NCBI GenBank assembly: GCA_963744145.1
Contig: CAVUSO010000001.1
Location: forward strand, 4,000,001 to 4,064,000
Origin: an uncultured cyanobacterium
Lineage (GTDB): Bacteria; Cyanobacteriota; Cyanobacteriia; Cyanobacteriales; CAWUOF01
DNA length: 64,000 bases
Direction: 5' to 3'
The notes beneath the pieces are model-generated. The model made no database searches. It had not been told where the DNA came from and worked only from the letters and a program-made list of their open reading frames with translations. Shown here piece by piece: positions 49,342-56,491 of the stretch. Made by a program: the position numbers and the translations under genes. The stretch's first letter is position 1. Each line of letters starts with the position of its first letter.

Positions 49342-51174
49342 ATGACAGCAAATCCTCATGACATCGTTCCAGCCCATCTAGCAGTACAAGCAATGCGTGA
49401 TAATGGCTACAGGAATGCCGCTTACGCGATCGCTGAACTGATGGACAACTCAATCCAAGCAGGTGCTACTCATGTCGAGTTACTCTGTGCAGAGAAAAAA
49501 GAATTAGTCAATTCTAGACAACGCTCGCGCATCCATCAAGTCGCTGTCTTGGACAACGGTTGTGGTATGGATGCTAGCGTATTGCGGATGGCATTGCAGT
49601 TTGGAAACGGTACTCATCTTAACGAAGCTGATGAAAATCGTGGAATTGGACGTTTTGGGATGGGACTACCTTCTTCATCAATTTCTCAATGCCAGCGTGT
49701 CGAAGTTTGGTCTTGGCAAGAAAGCCCAGAAAATGCCCTTTATAGTTACCTTGACCTCAATGAAATTCGTCAAAGGCGGATGACTGAAGTACCTGAACCA
49801 CAGCTAAAAGCAGTTCCTCATCTCTGGTTGAAAGTAGGTAAATATTTTGAGAGCAGTGGCACCCTAGTCGTTTGGTCGAATATTGATCGTTGTATTTGGA
49901 AAACAAGTAACTCAATTATTGATAATTCTGAACTGCTTATTGGCAGGATGTACCGAAAATTCTTAAATAGCGGTCAAGTTGAGATTCGGATGTTTGCATT
50001 TGAGATAGATGATCTAATCCCCATCGTTAATGAGAAAAAAGCTCGACCCAATGACCCTGGTTATCTGATGGCAAAAACCTCTTGCCCTAAACCCTTTAAC
50101 GAAATCTCAATGTTCCAACCTTGGGGAGATGAGGATCAGTATGAAGCCATCGTCACAATTGATTTTCGGGGTAAGTCCCATGAAGTCAAAGTTCGCTACT
50201 CCTATGCTAAAGAAGAAGCTAGACTAACTGGTAAGCGTGGTAGTAATCCAGGTGAACAACCGCACGGCAAACACGCTGCTAAAAACATTGGTATTTCCCT
50301 TGTACGAGCAGATCGAGAATTAGAACTAGATCAAGAGTTAGTCATTAAATATGATCCAGTAGAACGCTGGTGGGGAGTCGAAATTGAGTTTCCACCAGGA
50401 CTAGACGATTTGTTCGGCGTAACTAATAACAAACAAACAGCACGGAACTTCACTGAAATTGCTAAGTTAGATATAGAATCCCTTTTAGGAAATGATAAAA
50501 CTATCATTGAACTTAAAGACGAACTAAAAGAAGACGAAGATCCAAAAGGTCCTCTACTAGAACTTGTAATGAAAGTAGATGCACAACTTAAAATTATCCG
50601 TCGTTTACTGAAAGCACAGACTAAAGGTACTCGCGGCACTGATGAGAAGCGCTATAAAGAAGTTTCTGAAGAAAAAGGAACTTATAAAACAGGAACTCGC
50701 AAACAAGAAGGCCATAAAGGCGGAAGCGATAAAGATGAATCACTACCCAAAGAAAAGCGTGAAGAAGTCATTAAGGATGCTTTAGTCAAGCAGGGCGTAG
50801 CTGAAATTAGAGCTAAGGAACTCGCGGCAACTACTGTCGATAATGGACTCAAGTACACTTTTGCTGAAACTGACATAGAAACTGCTGCTTTCTTTTCCGT
50901 CACACCAAGAGGTGGTAGTATTATTATCATGCTTAATACTAACCATCCAGCTTACAAAAATCTTATGGAAATTTTAGCAGAAGAGGTAGAAGGAGTTGAC
51001 GTAGAAATCTTACGCGGGCGTTTAACTAACTCCCTGGAAGGATTGAAATTACTTTTGATGGCATGGGCGCGTTATGAAGACGAACAACCAGATGGAAAAA
51101 GAAAACAAGCCGCTCAAGATGCCCGAGTTGACTGGGGAAGAATCGCGCGACAATTCCTAGAAACTGAAGAATAG
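49342..51174 (+). CDS. GHKL (HATPase_c_3/MORC-like) ATPase 2
   Basis: AIAELMDNSIQA, LDNGCGM, GRFGMGL, GTLVVW. Confidence 0.87.
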   Translation: MTANPHDIVPAHLAVQAMRDNGYRNAAYAIAELMDNSIQAGATHVELLCAEKKELVNSRQRSRIHQVAVLDNGCGMDASVLRMALQFGNGTHLNEADENRGIGRFGMGLPSSSISQCQRVEVWSWQESPENALYSYLDLNEIRQRRMTEVPEPQLKAVPHLWLKVGKYFESSGTLVVWSNIDRCIWKTSNSIIDNSELLIGRMYRKFLNSGQVEIRMFAFEIDDLIPIVNEKKARPNDPGYLMAKTSCPKPFNEISMFQPWGDEDQYEAIVTIDFRGKSHEVKVRYSYAKEEARLTGKRGSNPGEQPHGKHAAKNIGISLVRADRELELDQELVIKYDPVERWWGVEIEFPPGLDDLFGVTNNKQTARNFTEIAKLDIESLLGNDKTIIELKDELKEDEDPKGPLLELVMKVDAQLKIIRRLLKAQTKGTRGTDEKRYKEVSEEKGTYKTGTRKQEGHKGGSDKDESLPKEKREEVIKDALVKQGVAEIRAKELAATTVDNGLKYTFAETDIETAAFFSVTPRGGSIIIMLNTNHPAYKNLMEILAEEVEGVDVEILRGRLTNSLEGLKLLLMAWARYEDEQPDGKRKQAAQDARVDWGRIARQFLETEE

Positions 51175-52102
51175 CCAAAAAAATTGTGATTATACCGGGA
51201 ATTCAATTAGAAAAGATTTGTACAGAAGCCTATAAGGAAATTCTTCTTGTTGCTCCTTTTATTAAGGCTTCTGTTCTTAAAAAATTACTTACACAAATAT
51301 CTTCTGAAGTCACCATAAAATGTGTTACCCGCTGGCAACCTGAAGAGATTATTGCAGGTGTGAGCGATTTAGAGGTATGGTCTTTGCTTAAACAACGTCC
51401 TCAATCTTTTCTTTGGTTAAGACCCAACTTACACGCTAAATATTACCGTGCTGATGAACAATGCTTAGTGGGTTCAGCTAATTTAACAGCGAAAGCTTTG
51501 GGTTGGTCAAAGCTATCTAATCTTGAACTAATGATTCAATTACCTGCTACTCAAGGAAATTTCCAGACTTTTGAAACCGAACTTTTCCAAGGTTGTATTC
51601 AGGTTGATGAGAATTTGTTTGAGCAAATGTCAACAACAGTGCAGCTATTAACTGCACAATTTCTCAAAAATTTGTCTATTATTAGTATCATTTCTGATAG
51701 TTTAGCAGAAGATTCAGATATTACAGAAATTTGGCTCCCTAGTTTGCGAAATCCAGAAAATTTGTATTTAGCCTATTCGGGACAAGAGGATAGATTGACT
51801 TTAATATCACGGGATGCAGCTGCTCAAGATTTGCGATCGCTATCTATTCTTCCTAATCTAACGAAAATAGCTTTTATATCTTATGTAGGAGTTATTTTAC
51901 TCCAAAAACCTATCATTCAAAAAATAGATTCCTTTGTTATAACACCGCAGACATTTGGTGCTGTAAGAGATTTATTAGCATCTCTTTCTTGTGCAAAGTT
52001 ACCAAATTTTCAAGCTGATCGCGCTTGGCAAACATTAATGCGTTGGTTACTATATTTTCACCCTAATCAAAACACTTAATCAATGCACAGTATTCAGGCA
52101 TT

Positions 52103-52125
52103 AAAAAACCACCTAGGTAGGTGGT
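52103..52125 (-). terminator. Intrinsic terminator after the IS110 recombinase
   Basis: Minus strand ACCACCT-ACCT-AGGTGGT followed by a T run. Confidence 0.7.
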
Positions 52126-52139
52126 GCCAAACAATACAG

Positions 52140-53420
52140 TTACATTCTACACAAAATCCTAAACAGCAATCGCATGGCGTAATTAATTAGTTGTGATCGA
52201 GCTAATCTTATTGGTGTTTTGTTAATTTTCATCTCATCAAATTTCTTATGCAATGCAATGTTCAGAGGTAACGTCTCCATCACTGTAATCCACTTACCAT
52301 CAGGTTTACCGTTCTCCCTGAACTGATAACCTTTCTCTACTTGGATATTGCAGTGCTTTACCCTAGCGTGCTTGATTTCAATCCTAGTGAAGCACCATTG
52401 AAACAACGCGGTTTTACAAATATCAGAACCACCGCTACTCACTTTATTTTCTAAATCTCCTGAGCTTTCTTCTCTAGGAGCGCAGCCTAAGCCTTTCAGG
52501 AAACGTGCCAAAGACAGATGGCGCTTAGTATTTCTCTTTTCTCCTGGGTAGAACTTAACATCTGGTTTACCGTCTACCAAATAGTTCTCGATCGGAAAAA
52601 CCTGACTGATCAAGATTGACTGAATCCTCAAGCCAAAGCCAAATTCTTTAAAAACTTTCCGATATTTGTCAAACCTGACATCTTCCAGTAGCAGCGATCG
52701 CAGTTCTCGTTCGATTACAATCTCCTCTTCCTGAATCCCGCAGATCCGTTCAGCGTGCCGTCGCACATCGTCTTTCAATCCAGATCCACCAGTTGCAGCG
52801 TAAAGGCGATCATATTTGGCTGATTTCTTCTTGCCTGCTATCCACGCCCAAAGCAAAGGTAAATTTTCTCCTTCTGGTAATCGGCGTGAATTGATCAATG
52901 CTGCTTCAGGAAATTGCCATGCTAGCTTTTGTCTAGCGTAATTGATAATTGGACTTTGCACCCTATTGAGGTGTGCAAGTTGCAGCACTAGCTCTCGAAT
53001 TCGCACAATTGTGAAATCTCTAACTTGCAAGAATTCTCGATTATTATCTCCGTACTGCATCCCGTAAAGTGCTAATGCAAGAGCGTCGTTAGTATCTTTC
53101 TTATCAGGAAGTCTTAAAGCTTTCCGGTGTTCTTTTAACTTCTTGTGATCAACTAACCTAAGTTCTATCCCAGCACGAGCAAGATGAGTTGACCAAAGCT
53201 TTAGGTAGTTCACCCCCGTTGGTTCTGCTACGGCGATAACATCAGAGCGATCACCAATAAATTCCAACAACAGTTTCAGTCCATGTGAATCTGCATGGAA
53301 AATTTCAAAGTGCTTCTTAGACCTAGCGTATGCTATAATGTCAGCAGGTTTTTCTAACAATAAGCACACGGTCACAGTTGCCTTTGATACGTCCAATCCA
53401 AGGTAACGTTTATTATTCAT
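52140..53420 (-). CDS. IS110 DEDD recombinase/transposase
   Basis: YLGLDVSK, AEPTG, KKDTNDA (DEDD); C-terminal GCAPREESSG catalytic-serine motif; ATG 53420 (or TTG 53444). Confidence 0.92.
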   Translation of the reverse strand: MNNKRYLGLDVSKATVTVCLLLEKPADIIAYARSKKHFEIFHADSHGLKLLLEFIGDRSDVIAVAEPTGVNYLKLWSTHLARAGIELRLVDHKKLKEHRKALRLPDKKDTNDALALALYGMQYGDNNREFLQVRDFTIVRIRELVLQLAHLNRVQSPIINYARQKLAWQFPEAALINSRRLPEGENLPLLWAWIAGKKKSAKYDRLYAATGGSGLKDDVRRHAERICGIQEEEIVIERELRSLLLEDVRFDKYRKVFKEFGFGLRIQSILISQVFPIENYLVDGKPDVKFYPGEKRNTKRHLSLARFLKGLGCAPREESSGDLENKVSSGGSDICKTALFQWCFTRIEIKHARVKHCNIQVEKGYQFRENGKPDGKWITVMETLPLNIALHKKFDEMKINKTPIRLARSQLINYAMRLLFRILCRM

Positions 53421-53454
53421 TTTTCGCTTAGGTGATATTGCCAAAATCTCATCT

Positions 53455-53680
53455 CTGCGGTTTACGAATCACCCAAAAACCCAATGTTAAACACGAGTTT
53501 GATTCACCCTTAAAACCATTAATTAGAGAGAGATTAAGTTGAGTTATGAGTAGCCGAGTTTATGAAAATAGAAAAACCCTAAAGAGTTTGTTTCTTCCTT
53601 AAAACCCTAAGTTACTCTTATCCAACTGCAAGAAGGTTTGGAAGCTTCCTGCTACCTCCCCAGGGGAGAGGTTTCGTCTA
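53455..53680 (-). ncRNA. Putative IS110 bridge RNA
   Basis: Two homologous loops with shared scaffold; guide segments match the target (53591-99, 53564-70) and the IS ends (53503-10, 53468-75); boundaries approximate. Confidence 0.7.
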
Positions 53681-53971
53681 GTGGCTAACTAGACTCATCA
53701 GGAAGGTCTAAAACTCAGCGTTCATTTCTATGGGGTGAGGTAAATCATCAGGTTAGTCCTCATCATCATCAGGGTGATCCTGGTCTACGACGGTATAACC
53801 TTCTAGAGTTATGTCCTCGACTTCAAATAAGTTACTAGGTATCTCGTCATAATGCTCATCTGGGTGATCATTTTCTTCCTAATCGTTATGCTTTATCAGT
53901 TCCTAATTACTCTGAAGTATTTTACCGACTCAAAACTAACAAGTAGTTTATTTAAGTAACATAGGCAAAGT

Positions 53972-55141
53972 ATGAATATTCAAACCTCTCAAACTCGTGC
54001 AATATATCTTGACTACCACTCTACAACACCTGTCGATCCAAGAGTGGCAGAGATAATGCTGTATCACCTAACAGTAAATTTTGGCAACGCTAGCAGTACA
54101 GATCATACTTATGGCGATGAAGCAGCAGAAGCAATATTACAAACTTGTCGTAACGTTGCTGAATTAATAGGAGCTAAACCGCGAGAAGTTATATTTACTT
54201 CAGGAGCAACTGAAAGCATTAATTTAGTAATCCAAGGGAGTTTAGTTAATTCTGAAAAACCTCAAAAGATTGGTTTACTATCAGTTGAACATAAAGCAGT
54301 TTTAGATACCTGTTATACTTTAGCGAAAAAGAGACTTGTTCAACTAATTGAACTCCAAGTTGATTCAATGGGTAGACTTGACCTCGAATATCTAGAGCAA
54401 ATTTGTAGATCAGGTTTATCTCTGCTTTGTATAATGGCAGCTAATAATGAGGTAGGTAATATTTACCCGATTAAAGAAATTGGCAAAATTGCTCAGAATT
54501 ATGATATTCCTTTCTTGTGTGATGCTTCCCAAGCAGTTGGAAAAATTCCGATTAACTTTGAAGACTGGGGAATTACATATTTAGCAATTTCAGCTCATAA
54601 ACTTTATGGACCAAAAGGCTCAGGGGCTTTAATTGTAAGAAAAGGTCATAACTTAACCCCTCTGATATTTGGAGGAGGACATCAAAGAGGGATGAGGTCT
54701 GGAACTCTTAATGTCCCTGGTATAGTTGGATTAGGAGAAGCTTGTCACCTTCGTTTAGAGGAAATGGATACAGATGAAAAAGCGATCGCAAATCTTAGAG
54801 ATAGATTGCAAAACTTACTAATAGATAAAATTCCTGGTTTAGTAATTAACGGAGATAGATCAAATCGTCTACCGGGCAATCTTCATATTTCAATCCCAGA
54901 TGTTCCTAATAGCGCCATTATTGCTAGAGTACGCTCTAAATTAGCTATTTCAACTGGTTCAGCTTGTTCATCAGGTGTTGAAGCTCCTTCTCATGTACTT
55001 CGAGCTATGGGTCTTCCTTCTCATATAATTGAAGGTGCATTACGGATTGGGATTGGTAAATTTACGACATCTGAAGATATAGAACAAGCTGCTGATATTC
55101 TTTCAACTGCCGTTGGTCGTACTCGTCAAGTTTTGTCTTAA
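53972..55141 (+). CDS. sspA: Cysteine desulfurase (IscS/DndA/SspA-like)
   Basis: YLDYHSTTP, FTSGATES, AANNEVG, SAHKLYGPKG, STGSACSS; ends the ssp operon; symbol from context. Confidence 0.85.
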   Translation: MNIQTSQTRAIYLDYHSTTPVDPRVAEIMLYHLTVNFGNASSTDHTYGDEAAEAILQTCRNVAELIGAKPREVIFTSGATESINLVIQGSLVNSEKPQKIGLLSVEHKAVLDTCYTLAKKRLVQLIELQVDSMGRLDLEYLEQICRSGLSLLCIMAANNEVGNIYPIKEIGKIAQNYDIPFLCDASQAVGKIPINFEDWGITYLAISAHKLYGPKGSGALIVRKGHNLTPLIFGGGHQRGMRSGTLNVPGIVGLGEACHLRLEEMDTDEKAIANLRDRLQNLLIDKIPGLVINGDRSNRLPGNLHISIPDVPNSAIIARVRSKLAISTGSACSSGVEAPSHVLRAMGLPSHIIEGALRIGIGKFTTSEDIEQAADILSTAVGRTRQVLS

Positions 55142-55259
55142 GTTGATGACTATAGCGATCACTCCCAACCCAACCCAAAACTACTGCTCACAACCAAAAC
55201 TATCCTGATCTCGATCGAACTTATGTGGATCAGGTGGTAAAACCCAAGTCTGACTTTTG

Positions 55260-55348
55260 GCAATTCCTAATAATGATTATTTTTAGATAGAAAATAAAGT
55301 CTCAATACTTGAGTTAATCTAAATTAACTGATCCGATCTAACCATTAG
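55260..55348 (+). repeat. ~90-bp dispersed direct repeat, copy 2
   Basis: Matches 32177-32269. Confidence 0.9.
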
Positions 55349-55379
55349 CTATAGTTAATCTGTTTGATTCATAAATAGC

Positions 55380-55830
55380 CGAGGGCAAAGCATTCCGGTC
55401 ATAGTTTTCTTCATTTAGGCAATCACTGATCTGCCGGAATGCTTTGCCCCTACAGACCCGGACAAAATTCTGTTCATGTTTTATTTAGGTTCGCTATAGA
55501 GCAATACGGTTCAGTTATCTGTAGGGGCGAAGCATTCGGGCGATCATTTATTGCTCAAGTTCGTTAATATTATATCCGAATGCTTCGCCCTTCTGCGCCG
55601 ATATCTGTAGGGGCATAGCATTCGGGCGATCATTTATTGCTCAAGTTTTACCCTGAGCGAAGTCGAAGGGCCGTTAATATTATATCCGAATGCTTCGCCC
55701 AGTTCTGCTGCGCCGATATCTGTAGGGGCGAAGCATTCGGGCGATCATTTATTGCTCAAGTTTTACCCTGAGCGAAGTCGAAGGGCCGTTAATATTATAT
55801 CCGAATGCTTCGCCCTTCTGCGCCGATATC
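55380..55830. repeat. REP-like palindrome cluster including three tandem units
   Basis: TATCTGTAGGGGC(G/A)..GCATTCGGGCGATC...CCGAATGCTTCGCCC units at 55516, 55602 and 55717; units 2 and 3 carry TTACCCTGAGCGAAGTCGAAGGG. Confidence 0.88.
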
Positions 55831-55897
55831 TAAGAAATCGCGCCGATGCTCATATTTAATTAATCAAATTTCGCCGATCGCGATGGGAGTCAACTTG

Positions 55898-56491
55898 ATG
55901 AGTAATTATTTGTCATTCTTCCCAGAAGTATTGTTTATGCTGATTAGTTATGGAATTGGTGCTATCCCCATCACTTACTGGGTAGTAAAATTACTCACAG
56001 GTCAAGATTTAACCCAAGTGGGTACTGGAAATATTAGTGTAACTGCGGCTTTTCGTTATGGAGGAAAAATTAGTGGGATTATCTCGGTCATCGGTGAAGT
56101 TACTAAAGGAATGATTCCCGTTTATATAGCACAAATTTGGTTTCCAGCAACACCAGCTTGGCAAATTGTGGGCTTATGTTTTTTAGTGATGGGTAGATAT
56201 GCGATCGCTAAAGGTGGAGGAGTTACCAATGCTACTTGGGGAGTTCTCTTGTATTCACCTGTAGTAGCATTATCATCAGGAATAATAGGGTTATTAGTAT
56301 TAATTGTGGGACGAAAGTTTTTTCCCTCCCAACCGCACCAAGTTAGATTAAGAAGTGCCCGATGGGGATGTCTGAGTGGACCAATTTGGGTATTAATTTG
56401 GCGTCAATCTGTTTTAGAATTCTTAGTAGCAGTAGGATTAGCTTTATTGCTAGTAAGCATAAATATTCGTCAAAGTGATGATTTTTCCTAA
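55898..56491 (+). CDS. PlsY-like glycerol-3-phosphate acyltransferase domain protein
   Basis: YGIGAIP, GTGNISVTAAF, KGGGVTN; the ORF-track extension to 55805 lies in the repeat. Confidence 0.8.
   Translation: MSNYLSFFPEVLFMLISYGIGAIPITYWVVKLLTGQDLTQVGTGNISVTAAFRYGGKISGIISVIGEVTKGMIPVYIAQIWFPATPAWQIVGLCFLVMGRYAIAKGGGVTNATWGVLLYSPVVALSSGIIGLLVLIVGRKFFPSQPHQVRLRSARWGCLSGPIWVLIWRQSVLEFLVAVGLALLLVSINIRQSDDFS

Larger units (their letters stand above)
52060..53875 (-). mobile_element. IS110-family insertion sequence (~1.8 kb)
   Basis: ATTTTC at both junctions (52054-59 and 53870-75); short TCACCC/GGGTGA sub-terminal inverted motif; excision restores the PLD reading frame. Confidence 0.88.
51186..53946 (+). 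pseudogene. Phospholipase D-family (single HKD) nuclease interrupted by IS110; 5' part 51186-52059, 3' part 53876-53946
   Basis: LHAKYYRAD...GSANLT; removing the IS restores ...RWLLYF-LPNRYALSVPNYSEVFYRLKTNK* (314 aa). Confidence 0.82.

Noticed and set aside
53690..53870. Plus-strand AGGAAG / AGGGTGA motifs after CATC repeats as a second bridge RNA
   Set aside because: Matches are only 6-7 nt, point away from the recombinase and lack the paired scaffold seen at 53460-53610
55516..55830. Tandem palindromes as a CRISPR array
   Set aside because: The intervening sequences are near-identical rather than unique; matches the REP-like family dispersed in this window
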